Part shown: positions 1 through 8,379 of the stretch, piece by piece
Layout of the letters: the number at the start of each line of letters is the position of its first letter
Position numbering within the stretch: the first letter of the stretch is position 1
IMG/VR virus record: IMGVR_UViG_3300025703_000003
Coordinates: 1 to 53,125 of that record
Source of the DNA: a virus
Lineage: Duplodnaviria; Caudoviricetes
Direction: 5' to 3' (one strand)
Length of the DNA stretch: 53,125 nucleotides
Translations under genes and position numbers: made by a program
The notes under the pieces: model-generated
The model's database searches: none
The model's input: the letters and a program-made list of their open reading frames with translations, nothing else
What the model was told of the DNA's origin: nothing

Positions 1-99
1 GACGCCATCAGGTCGCGAAATGAAGCCGCTGCAATTCGCCGATCACGTTCTTCGTCTGAAACTCTCATCACGCCCCCGTCAACGTGTAGCCCGCGAACA
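1..99. repeat. 99-bp exact terminal direct repeat (copy at 53027-53125); indicates a circular or circularly permuted contig
   Basis: Bases 1-99 are identical to the last 99 bases, and ORF 52738..53097 reads through the repeat. The length is typical of an assembler k-mer overlap. Confidence 0.95.
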
Positions 100-253
100 C
101 CTGGACCAGATGCGGGGTTTCAAGTTGCAGCAGTTCCGCGATGAGCGAGGCGGTCTCGGGGTTTCGGATGAGTCCGTGGTTCCCGGCCTCTTCGAGACAG
201 TGGCCGTCTATGGCGATGAAGAATGCGTCGGGGTTCTTGCGGACGTGGATCAT
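68..253 (-). CDS. hypothetical phage protein (probable start MIHVRKNP)
   Basis: Part of ORF 68..367; ATGA overlap with the upstream small gene. Confidence 0.5.
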   Translation of the reverse strand: MIHVRKNPDAFFIAIDGHCLEEAGNHGLIRNPETASLIAELLQLETPHLVQVFAGYTLTGA

Positions 254-423
254 GGGCACTCGCCGCACCGACTGCAAATGATCGCGTGAGCCAACGGAAT
301 CGGTTCGAGCCCGTCCGGTGTCGCGGCGATGGTCTTCATCTCGCGCTCTGTGACGCATTTTCGGCATAACAATGCGACAATGCCGGTGGCGGAGTATTTT
401 ACGTAGGCAGGCGCGTCAGGCAT
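250..423 (-). CDS. small Cys-rich protein (CRKC...CSRCGEC), not in the ORF track
   Basis: Hand translation MPDAPAYVKYSATGIVALLCRKC...IICSRCGECP; tightly coupled to both neighbours. Confidence 0.5.
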   Translation of the reverse strand: MPDAPAYVKYSATGIVALLCRKCVTEREMKTIAATPDGLEPIPLAHAIICSRCGECP

Positions 424-544
424 CGACCTTCTCCTTCTTGACGAACACGATGAACTTGCACTTGGCTTCGGGGCAACGGTGGCCGGCTTCGGTTGCGAGA
501 GCTTCGGTGCGTGTATGACAGCGAGGGCATTCGAAGGTCGTCAT
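416..544 (-). CDS. small zinc-ribbon-like protein (42 aa)
   Basis: Hand translation MTTFECPRCHTRTEALATEAGHRCPEAKCKFIVFVKKEKVDA; overlaps the neighbouring stop and start codons. Confidence 0.5.
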   Translation of the reverse strand: MTTFECPRCHTRTEALATEAGHRCPEAKCKFIVFVKKEKVDA

Positions 545-852
545 AGCGTGTCATCCGGAATTGACGCGAGTCCTAATACGTAGCCTGTATCGAACGCTTC
601 TTCAGCGCCGACGTCGGTACGAATTCCAAAAATCGGATGAGCGACTTTGAACATGCGTTGAACCTTCGCCATCGTGTCAGGCGAGCAGTAACCCGAGAGA
701 TAGCCGACGTTCTGGTCAGCACCTACGGGGTTATCGAGTCGATACGCCGCCATGAATCGGTCAGCAGCGTCTTGGTCGTCAGCGCGAGCAATGGCAAGAA
801 TCGCGTCACTCAGCTCGCCATAGGTATCTAACTCTTTGCCGTTCCAGTTCAT
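541..852 (-). CDS. hypothetical phage protein
   Basis: ORF 541..930; likely start MNWNGKE after a GAAGG RBS. Confidence 0.65.
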   Translation of the reverse strand: MNWNGKELDTYGELSDAILAIARADDQDAADRFMAAYRLDNPVGADQNVGYLSGYCSPDTMAKVQRMFKVAHPIFGIRTDVGAEEAFDTGYVLGLASIPDDTL

Positions 853-1111
853 AGCGTCACCTTCTCGTTGTAGTGGGACACGACACCCCGGGTCGTCGCG
901 AAGAACCATTTGAAGCCGCAGACTAAGCACTCTCGGTTGCCCTTGTCATCGGACTTGATGTGGGAGTCCGAGCAGTTGAGACACTTCATCGCGACTCCCT
1001 GACCGCAATCGTGAGCACGCCGACCGTCATGGGAATTGCGACGATGAAGAACGTGACCTCGATTGCCTTGATGATGATGTGGATCATTTACTTTCCTCTC
1101 CAGTTGGTACT

Positions 1112-1129
1112 TGTATGATTCATCATACA
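1112..1129. promoter_or_regulatory. palindromic operator TGTATGA-N4-TCATACA overlapping a minus-strand TATGAT -10 (copy 1)
   Basis: TGTATGATTCATCATACA, upstream of a CTGGAGAGG RBS and the small ORF 986..1087. Confidence 0.7.
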
Positions 1130-1350
1130 CTAATAAATCTGACCCACAAGCCACATTTCCACGAATTAAACGGGTGATTTTCAAAGGATTTCACCGAAGG
1201 GCTGATGTAGCGACGCTCGAAGGACGGCTCACGGACCTGGCGCGAGGTGCTGGAGAATCGCTTGTCACCCCAGTAAAGCCACTCTCCGGGGTGCTCGGCC
1301 ATCCATGCGAGGCTTGCTTTGATCCTCTCCGTCTTGGCGTCACTAGCCAC
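1123..1350 (-). CDS. hypothetical protein
   Basis: 75-aa ORF coupled to the upstream gene. Confidence 0.55.
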   Translation of the reverse strand: MASDAKTERIKASLAWMAEHPGEWLYWGDKRFSSTSRQVREPSFERRYISPSVKSFENHPFNSWKCGLWVRFISV

Positions 1351-1777
1351 GAGCCAACTCCCGACACGCCTTGATGGACTTAGCGATCTGCCTGTCCAAG
1401 TCCTTCTGGAACTTCCGCAGGTTCATCTCGGTCATCACCAACGTCACGGTGATGGGTTCGACGTTCTGGGCTCGGAAGGCGAAGGTTATCGAAGGTGCGA
1501 TGGTCTCAGTCTCGGGGTTGTGGACGGTGCTCGAAACGACGATGGCGTCGAACCTCCACGGGGCTTGCGTCACCCAGTTCGCCGTGGCCTTCAGGTACGC
1601 CTTGTACGCAACGTCCGCGAGGTCCTGGGCCTTAGTGAGGTTATCCGTGAGCTCAGTGATGAGTTCCTCGTCCTCTCCGTTTCGGGCTTCGTCGAGCATG
1701 TCGCTGAGTTGGTTGGCGTCGGCTACGGCGGTGGACCATTCGAGCCGTAGGGATTCGGTCGATTTCTTTTCAGTCAT
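1343..1777 (-). CDS. hypothetical protein
   Basis: 144-aa ORF with an AGGAG RBS. Confidence 0.7.
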   Translation of the reverse strand: MTEKKSTESLRLEWSTAVADANQLSDMLDEARNGEDEELITELTDNLTKAQDLADVAYKAYLKATANWVTQAPWRFDAIVVSSTVHNPETETIAPSITFAFRAQNVEPITVTLVMTEMNLRKFQKDLDRQIAKSIKACRELARG

Positions 1778-1783
1778 GGTCTC

Positions 1784-2785
1784 CTAGTCCTTCACGGTCA
1801 CTTCGTTGAACAGTGGAGCGTCGTCGCCGATTCGATTCGCGGCCATCAGTGCATATTTTGGATTCAGTTCTATCCCGACAAAGTTGCGCTGATGTTGCAA
1901 TGCCACGACACCCACCGTTCCCGACCCAGCGAAAGGATCGAGGACTAAATCATTCTCGCGACTGCCGGCGAGGACGCATGGCTCGACAAGGGCCCGAGGC
2001 ATGACTGCGAAGTGAGCTCCAGGGAATCCTTTAGTGGGGATAGTCCACACGTCACGCTTGTTCCTGGTTTCGTCCACGATTCTTTCGGCGTCGGCATTTC
2101 TCGGTTTGTTCATCCCGTGTGCAGTTTGCCCCGGCGCACCGTGGACAGACTTCATCGTTTCCGATGACCCGCGACGGGTCCGCGCGATACCTTCCTTAGA
2201 GCTTTCTTCCGCAATTGCGGCCGCGTCGTAGAAGTACCGCGCCGACTTGCTCAACAGGAACAGGTACTCATGGCTCTTGGTGCAACGATCCGTCACGCTC
2301 TCGGGCATCGGGTTGGGCTTGGCCCAGATGATGTCCTGCCTGAGATACCAGCCGTCCGCTTGGAGTGCGAAGGCCACGCGCCAGGGGATGCCGATGAGGT
2401 CTTTGGGCTTGATACCGGGCCCTGTGAAACCCTTTTGTATAGCACCGTCCATCGTTCCGCGTGAGGTCTGCTGTTTCGCGCCACCGACGATGGAACCGTC
2501 AGCCATCACACCCTTGTTGGAACCTGCGTAGGAGTCGCCCAGATTCAGCCACAGCGTCCCGTCGTCAGCCAGCACTCGCCAGACCTCGCGAAACAGGCCG
2601 ACCATCGACTTGACATACTCGTCGGGCGTGGATTCAAGCCCAATCTGCTCATCGTGTCCATAGTCACGTAGTCCAAAGTACGGAGGAGAAGTGACGCAAC
2701 AGCGGACCGACTTGTCGGAAATCTCTGACAACCGAAGCCGAGCATCGCCAACGAGAATCGTCGCGTCGCTCACGAATTCCCCCAT
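1784..2785 (-). CDS. site-specific DNA methyltransferase, N6_N4_Mtase family (beta class)
   Basis: Catalytic VTSPPY motif near the N-terminus and SAM-binding VLDPFAGSGT motif near the C-terminus; also HFAVMP and GIELNPKY. Confidence 0.93.
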   Translation of the reverse strand: MGEFVSDATILVGDARLRLSEISDKSVRCCVTSPPYFGLRDYGHDEQIGLESTPDEYVKSMVGLFREVWRVLADDGTLWLNLGDSYAGSNKGVMADGSIVGGAKQQTSRGTMDGAIQKGFTGPGIKPKDLIGIPWRVAFALQADGWYLRQDIIWAKPNPMPESVTDRCTKSHEYLFLLSKSARYFYDAAAIAEESSKEGIARTRRGSSETMKSVHGAPGQTAHGMNKPRNADAERIVDETRNKRDVWTIPTKGFPGAHFAVMPRALVEPCVLAGSRENDLVLDPFAGSGTVGVVALQHQRNFVGIELNPKYALMAANRIGDDAPLFNEVTVKD

Positions 2786-2786
2786 A

Positions 2787-3371
2787 TCACGAGGACGCTC
2801 CCGAATGGGACACGCCCGAATTTTCCATTTGCATCCTTGAAGTTAAGACGGCCATTGATGAAGCGCGTGACCACACGAGAAGAACGCTCGCGAAGTTCGG
2901 GGATCCCATCGTCGACCCGTCCTTCGTGAACTTCGTTCGGCCTTTTAAATATTGCGTCACGAGTCTCCCCCCCCCATCACGGTATGGCTCAATGTACGTC
3001 TGCCAGAACGGTTGCTCGGTTCTGTTGGCAGGGATGAGCATGACAATCACTTCGGCGTCAACTTCTTGGTGAGCTTTGCGAACCCAGGACGGAAGGTCTG
3101 AGTACGGAGGATTGCACCAAACTCGTTCACCGCCCCAGTGCGCAGTGAGACCGCTTCGCTCCTTGTCGTAGTAGTAATCACACTTTGCATTCTCTCGGGA
3201 GGCGGCGACGTCAACGGTGAAGTGAAATTCGTCATCCAGTTCATCGAACAAGGCTTGCGGAGTCCCTCTGTCGTCAACCTCATCAGTCAGGTCCACGTCA
3301 CCAAAGAGCGTGGCTCGCTGTCGTCGCGCAACCTGTTGAGGGTGATTCTTCGCGGGATTTAATTTGCTCAC
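2787..3371 (-). CDS. phage DNA N6-adenine methyltransferase (phage Dam-like)
   Basis: TPQALFDELDDEFHFTVDVAAS..NAKC and VWCNPPYS motifs; a GTG start at 3371 is inferred from the RBS (ORF track 2787..3449). Confidence 0.88.
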   Translation of the reverse strand: MSKLNPAKNHPQQVARRQRATLFGDVDLTDEVDDRGTPQALFDELDDEFHFTVDVAASRENAKCDYYYDKERSGLTAHWGGERVWCNPPYSDLPSWVRKAHQEVDAEVIVMLIPANRTEQPFWQTYIEPYRDGGGRLVTQYLKGRTKFTKDGSTMGSPNFASVLLVWSRASSMAVLTSRMQMENSGVSHSGASS

Positions 3372-3402
3372 AAGTTCCCCCTCAGTTTCTTTCGTAGATC
3401 CT

Positions 3403-3558
3403 TCATGAAAAACGCTCTGAAAGAATGTCACCGAGTTTTGATGTTCCACGATCTCCGCAGGCCACCTTCCAGGTGCTCTTGTGATAACGAACCCCTTTGG
3501 CCGTTCTATGTTCGATGAGTTCTTCTTTGCAGGCGGGGCAGGTAAGTCTCTCAGCCAT
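3403..3558 (-). CDS. small zinc-finger-like hypothetical protein
   Basis: MAERLTCPACKEEL...YH...C within ORF 3403..3624; GAGAGGA RBS. Confidence 0.5.
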   Translation of the reverse strand: MAERLTCPACKEELIEHRTAKGVRYHKSTWKVACGDRGTSKLGDILSERFS

Positions 3559-3745
3559 CGGTCCTCTCTTTTCTGATAGCAAAATCGCCGCTTGCGGCGA
3601 TGCGCTAGGTCGTTTGTTGCTCACGCGCTTTTCTCGTTGAACGTAGTCGAAACTACAAATGTGTAACTAAATCGTCTGCTGAGAGGATTCATAGTTTCGA
3701 GTTCCTTTATGAGAACTATCTCAGTTTCCAATCCTGAGAGAGTTC

Positions 3746-4078
3746 TTATTTTTCATTCTCAATCCTGAGAATTCTTTCAGGATGCTTAGTATTTCCGTTC
3801 CATAGTGGTGTTTTCTCACTAATAGCAAGTCGCTCCATGAGTAACATGCTCCCGTAATCGAAGAAGGCGTCCCAGGTGATCAGCGCCACATCCTCCCACC
3901 ACAACGAAGACGCCCGATGTGTCCACTGTCTTTTGGAGAACCGTTCCGTGGAACCGATATAGAGCAACCGGTCATCTTCCGCGAAGTGATAGTAGACGAT
4001 GCACAAACCGTCAGAGGGCGCATTGTGCCTGGTTAAATACCCGAGTTCTTTCAATAGTTCTGGGTCGGGGTATCTCAT
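3746..4078 (-). CDS. GIY-YIG nuclease family protein
   Basis: IVYYH...LLYIGSTERFSKRQWTH...ERLAISEKTPLWN pattern. Confidence 0.75.
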   Translation of the reverse strand: MRYPDPELLKELGYLTRHNAPSDGLCIVYYHFAEDDRLLYIGSTERFSKRQWTHRASSLWWEDVALITWDAFFDYGSMLLMERLAISEKTPLWNGNTKHPERILRIENEK

Positions 4079-5163
4079 TCAGCGTCAGAAGTCAGTTGAT
4101 CTATGACCTTTGAAGCCTCGGCCTTCGTGAGGTCTTTCAAGGACTCAATCTGACGCCCCAGAATGTCGCTGACGTGCGTATGAACATCCGCCTTGTCGAT
4201 GCCCTGGTTCCCGATCATCAGCCTGATCTTCCCTATTTGCGGCTGACTGATCTTCGGCGGTTCTATGGCGTCGGGATGAACGATTGCGGATTCAATTACC
4301 TCCCCGTTCTCATCGGCGACCGGCTCCGTGACAGCGTTGATAACGCCCCGTACCAATTCAATGGCCACTTCAATCTGCTCGGTGCTCAGAATCGACTTCA
4401 CCGGCAACTGATGTTCTACCCATAGGCGACTGACCTCAGGCAGATCCTCGTTTGCGAGCATTGACCAAACAGCATTGAGTTCTTCACGTTGTTCGGTCGT
4501 TGGCGCCTCACCCGATTCAATCTCAGGAGCGGACCTCAGTGTCGTCGTCGGGTTCGTCTTTCGCTTGGAGGTCTTGGGCGCCTCGGCCTTCTCGGGTGCG
4601 GGGTTCTCGGCCTGTCCCATCTCCTCGGCGCTGTAGAGCCCAGAGAGTTCCATCGGGAAGGCTTTGCGAAGCGCGAGCATCTCGGCACACTTACCAAGCA
4701 TCAGCGCCGGCATCTGCTTCCACATCCGGTTAGGATTCCCGTCCTTCACCGTCTGGACGTACTGGTCCCAGGTTGCGGTAGCCCAGAGAGGCTCGACAAA
4801 TCCCTGACGATAGACGCCGACCTTCGCGGCCTTGGGGTAACCATCTTCGGGCAGCCAGAGGTCTGTCCATTCACGATCGGCGCCGCAGTAATAAACCGGC
4901 GTCTGACCCGCGTATTCGCCGCTTCGTTGGGCTACGAGTCGAGCACCGTCAATCGAGACTTGCGTCTGCATGACGGGTCGACCGAGTTTCCCGTCGTAGC
5001 GGCTGACTGCGTAAATCTGTCGAGCGAAAGGATCTAACTGCGTGCGATTGCATTGCTCGATGAACAGAGCTAACTCGTCGTTGGTCACTCCCTTCGCGAT
5101 GGTGTTCTTGATCAACTCGACTTGATCGATGTCCAATGTGCGTACTGCTAATTCGTTACTCAT
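4075..5163 (-). CDS. bet: phage single-strand annealing recombinase Bet/RecT
   Basis: ELALFIEQCNRTQLDPFARQIY, QVSIDGARLVAQRSGEYAG and W..MPALMLGKCAE..ALRKAFP..LSGLYSAEEM motifs. Confidence 0.92.
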   Translation of the reverse strand: MSNELAVRTLDIDQVELIKNTIAKGVTNDELALFIEQCNRTQLDPFARQIYAVSRYDGKLGRPVMQTQVSIDGARLVAQRSGEYAGQTPVYYCGADREWTDLWLPEDGYPKAAKVGVYRQGFVEPLWATATWDQYVQTVKDGNPNRMWKQMPALMLGKCAEMLALRKAFPMELSGLYSAEEMGQAENPAPEKAEAPKTSKRKTNPTTTLRSAPEIESGEAPTTEQREELNAVWSMLANEDLPEVSRLWVEHQLPVKSILSTEQIEVAIELVRGVINAVTEPVADENGEVIESAIVHPDAIEPPKISQPQIGKIRLMIGNQGIDKADVHTHVSDILGRQIESLKDLTKAEASKVIDQLTSDAE

Positions 5164-6017
5164 GATTCCTCCAGGTTGTCTATGTAGTTGTTCATTTCTT
5201 TCACTGCGTTGAATAAATCAAGTGACGCTTCGAAGGCTCGCCATGCGACGTGACGCGGAACTATTGCGAACGGGTCTTTCACTGATACGGTTCCGTCGCC
5301 GCCCAGGTAGATCGCGCGCGCGCCGTCAAGTTGTGGAAGAAACTCGAACGATTCGAGTTGTCCCTTCGCGTCGTAACGAGGCAACTGACACTGCATGTAC
5401 GCCTCGAACTGTTGAGAGACAGAATCGACGTACTCGCCGCCAGTTTTCCAGTCGCCCATCATCAGACCTTCCGCGCCAGGGCCGTCAAGTTCCACGATGC
5501 AGTCGAACCGTCCGCCGTAACTGAACTCACGATTCAGCACCACGCACTCAACGTGCTTGAACTTCGGCTTGTAGATCTTGTGGAAAGTCTCGAGCGCGTC
5601 AACGTACTTCGAGTCCTCGTCAAGCACTTCCACCGCTTCACCGCGGCTCCACCGCTCGGCAACGTCGTGGACGCGATTACCGCGTGTCGCCTTCGCTCGC
5701 CATTGACGGTCGAACTCACCGCGACAGAAGTGAACGTAGATTTCATCGTCGGTTCCGTTCTCTGCGAGTGTTCGGTTCTTAATCGCGGAGTCCGTCTTTC
5801 CTTTCGACGCAGCCAACTTCGCGCGGTGCGCCGGAACGATTGTTCGCTTCTTGCGTGAATTGAGTACGGCTGTCTCAGCGGCGATCTTCGATGAAGCCCA
5901 CCTCAACCCAGGTTTGTCCGCTATGGAAATCACCGACGTGACGCCGGGAACGAACGCGCCGCCCGGCTCGACGCGGTACTTGTGACGAAGGGCCTGGTCG
6001 AAGTCAGAGAGCGTCAT
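5160..6017 (-). CDS. PD-(D/E)XK (Cas4-like) exonuclease partner of Bet
   Basis: PGVTSVI, RGNRVH, YGGRFDC, GDWKTG and Q..AY motifs; adjacent to bet. Confidence 0.82.
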   Translation of the reverse strand: MTLSDFDQALRHKYRVEPGGAFVPGVTSVISIADKPGLRWASSKIAAETAVLNSRKKRTIVPAHRAKLAASKGKTDSAIKNRTLAENGTDDEIYVHFCRGEFDRQWRAKATRGNRVHDVAERWSRGEAVEVLDEDSKYVDALETFHKIYKPKFKHVECVVLNREFSYGGRFDCIVELDGPGAEGLMMGDWKTGGEYVDSVSQQFEAYMQCQLPRYDAKGQLESFEFLPQLDGARAIYLGGDGTVSVKDPFAIVPRHVAWRAFEASLDLFNAVKEMNNYIDNLEES

Positions 6018-6187
6018 ACCTCCACCTCCGCACGCAACGCAGCGACGGTTACCCGACACTGGTCGATGATGGCGTTGAGTAGTGCACTTGACTCCGCGTG
6101 CAGTTGACGCTCGTTGCGCAGTTCGCGCCTCAGTTCGTAGATGTCGCGCTGACATCCGTTGAGGCTGTGGTCAATTTCTTTACTCAT
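6014..6187 (-). CDS. small coiled-coil hypothetical protein, first gene of the recombination operon
   Basis: Start MSKEID behind a CCTGGAGAGG RBS. Confidence 0.6.
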   Translation of the reverse strand: MSKEIDHSLNGCQRDIYELRRELRNERQLHAESSALLNAIIDQCRVTVAALRAEVEV

Positions 6188-6217
6188 TATTTCCTCTCCA
6201 GGTACGGGCTGTTTGTC

Positions 6218-6261
6218 CGTATGATTCATCATACATTACCCTAGTTCGTGTGTGTGACAAA
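6218..6261 (-). promoter_or_regulatory. promoter of the exo-bet operon with operator copy 2 (6218-6235) and TGTGTGACAAA box (6251-6261)
   Basis: The minus strand reads TTGTCA-N16-TAATGT, overlapping the CGTATGATTCATCATACA palindrome. Confidence 0.65.
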
Positions 6262-6301
6262 GCCCCGAAAGCCCAATGATTTAGCGGGTTTTCGGGCTTT
6301 C

Positions 6302-6329
6302 AAATGACGAAGCGCACCCGAAGGTGCGC
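6302..6329 (-). terminator. intrinsic terminator at the end of the late operon
   Basis: Minus strand GCGCACC-TTCG-GGTGCGC followed by TTCGTCATTT; a second hairpin lies at 6259-6300. Confidence 0.75.
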
Positions 6330-6376
6330 CCCATCGCTACCCTGGAGAGTAGTCCCAAATCGTTTCCAGATTGGTG
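6302..6376 (-). ncRNA. putative ~75-nt small RNA with an anti-RBS hairpin loop
   Basis: Extended -10 TGcTAGGGT (6382-6390), GAAA-capped hairpin, CUACUC-UCCA-GGGUAG hairpin and UUCG terminator; predicted only. Confidence 0.4.
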
Positions 6377-6391
6377 ATTACACCCTAGCAC

Positions 6392-6973
6392 CTACACATG
6401 CGCGGCTCCGAACCACAGGGCCATCCGAGCCGGTACGATCATGCTCGCCGGTCGATCTGGAAAGAGCCCGAGACCCATGAGGACCATCGTACAATGAGTG
6501 CTGCAGATTATTGCATTGCCCCACGTACACGCCAACTTCGCGCCAGTGAGTCCGTCAGTGATTAGCGCGGGATATTCAAACCAGCCGTAATCAAGTCCCT
6601 GACACGACACGTCATTCGAGACGGCATTGGCTCTCAGTTCGTCGCTGACGTTGAAGTGAACTTTGGCATACAGGTGATGTTTGTAGTCGTAGAGTTGCCG
6701 ACGCTCGAAGCCCGCAAAACCCATCTCTGAGACTGCCGTGAGTCCGTCGATCGTCCCTCGAACGACCGCGGTGTGAGCGCACCAAGTGAAGCCTTTCAAG
6801 TCGGGCTCAGTAATAGTTAAAGCCTCTTGACCGAGCTTGATCGCGTCATCGGCCCACGTCCCGTGATCGATGAGAAGCAGGTCAGCGTCAGTCGCATCGG
6901 TACAGTTCTGACCCGCTTCGTACCACTCAATGGTGAATGACGGCACGACCAGAGTCATGCGATCGTTGGTCAC
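6392..6973 (-). CDS. permuted papain-like (YaeF/YiiX-type NlpC/P60) amidase-like protein
   Basis: His motif (AHTAVV) precedes G.DY and the C-terminal IICSTHC, which is the permuted catalytic order. Confidence 0.65.
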   Translation of the reverse strand: MTNDRMTLVVPSFTIEWYEAGQNCTDATDADLLLIDHGTWADDAIKLGQEALTITEPDLKGFTWCAHTAVVRGTIDGLTAVSEMGFAGFERRQLYDYKHHLYAKVHFNVSDELRANAVSNDVSCQGLDYGWFEYPALITDGLTGAKLACTWGNAIICSTHCTMVLMGLGLFPDRPASMIVPARMALWFGAAHV

Positions 6974-8379
6974 GCGAAGAGCGCCTGCACGGCCGCAAAT
7001 GCGGGCTTCGGGTTCGTGTCGCCCTCACTCTGCATGCTGTGAACGATGCCCCACCAGCCGTCACCGCCGACTTGACCTTTGTTGGCGTAGTCCGCGAAGC
7101 AGTAGACGAAGAACGCTTCGATGAGCGCGATGCCAACGGTCAGTTGAATCAACGCGACCAGTTGCGTCGCTTGCGATGCCTCAGTCATCTCAGGCAAACC
7201 GTTTCCGCTATTTGCTGTGTTCGATGGGAAGCCACCCTCGGTGACCCACGACGGCTTCGTGACTCCAGCCGCCGCCATGAACGTCTGCGTCTGACCGGCG
7301 AGCGTCACAGCAGGCTCATTGCTTGGATAGGTGTAGAAGTGCCAGCCGTCGTAGTCGATGGACTGAGCGAAGTTTGGTAGTGCCTTCAACAGAGCGGCGC
7401 GCCACGTGACGTTCGTTTGATTCACGCCCGACACCGGCGCGATGTGGACGAAGCACGTCGGGTCGGCGGCCTTGCACTGCGCGTAGACGAGAGGCATTGC
7501 AATCGCGTAGTCACTCGCCAAGAAGGGTACTGACCCGTTCCACTGGGCGTAACCATTCGGCTCGTTCGGCCCTTCGATGTGTGCGCCCTTGACCTGTGAG
7601 CAGAACCACGCGCACGCCTCAGCGTATGCCTCGGGCGAGTACGGCAGACCTGGTGTGTAATTCCCAACGCCCGTTGTCGGTGGCGTTGCGGACGAGATGA
7701 ATCCATCGATGAGAAAGAGAACCGTAATCCCATACGTCGCAGCCAGCGTCTTGATTGCATTCGCCTTCGTAGCGATCGCCGCGTTGAACGTCCCATCGGC
7801 GTTGTAGAACGGAATCCCGCCTTCGGCATCCCACTGGTCGTGATAGTTCCACGTGATTTGAGTGCGAACGTACTTCACGCCGAGAGTCTTCATCTGGGCG
7901 AGAGAGGCCGCGTCCGTCCCGCCATTCATACCGAGCGCGAGAGGCGTGAGCGGCGTTACAGGAATTGTGCACGTAGTCGTCAATGTCAAGCCTTCGCCAT
8001 AAGTGAGCGTCAACGTATAGATGTAACCAGGAATCATGTAATCAAACGCAAACGAGCCCGCAAGAGGTTGGTTGACCAGCGGCCCTGTATTCCACGGTCC
8101 AGAATTGCTCGTGTCGGTGCCATCACGTGCGAGTTCAACGGGCTCAACACCTGACCAACTAACCGTGATTTCGTTCGCGCCGGTCTGCTTCGCAGTGAAT
8201 GTTGTCACGGGAGGTGGCGGCGGCGGTGTGACTCGCGTCACGTAGACAGTCGTCGGTGGAAAGTCCTGGTGTCTGGCGTCCCATGAGCGAACAGGCTTAC
8301 CGTTCAGTTCGGTCAGTGCGACCAAGTTCGCCTTAGTCAGTTGTGTTTGGGTTGGGCCTACTGTGGCTTCGTCGCTCAT
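6970..8379 (-). CDS. clan GH-A glycoside hydrolase (GH5/GH39-like TIM barrel) with N-terminal module and FN3-like domain
   Basis: LGVKYVR, acid/base GPNEPN, GWHFY and nucleophile WVTEGGF motifs, C-terminal PKPAFAA; Pro linker. Confidence 0.8.
   Translation of the reverse strand: MSDEATVGPTQTQLTKANLVALTELNGKPVRSWDARHQDFPPTTVYVTRVTPPPPPPVTTFTAKQTGANEITVSWSGVEPVELARDGTDTSNSGPWNTGPLVNQPLAGSFAFDYMIPGYIYTLTLTYGEGLTLTTTCTIPVTPLTPLALGMNGGTDAASLAQMKTLGVKYVRTQITWNYHDQWDAEGGIPFYNADGTFNAAIATKANAIKTLAATYGITVLFLIDGFISSATPPTTGVGNYTPGLPYSPEAYAEACAWFCSQVKGAHIEGPNEPNGYAQWNGSVPFLASDYAIAMPLVYAQCKAADPTCFVHIAPVSGVNQTNVTWRAALLKALPNFAQSIDYDGWHFYTYPSNEPAVTLAGQTQTFMAAAGVTKPSWVTEGGFPSNTANSGNGLPEMTEASQATQLVALIQLTVGIALIEAFFVYCFADYANKGQVGGDGWWGIVHSMQSEGDTNPKPAFAAVQALFA

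Noticed and set aside
5160-6017. Cas4-like nuclease as part of a CRISPR system
   Set aside because: Its position next to bet fits an Exo/Bet recombination pair.
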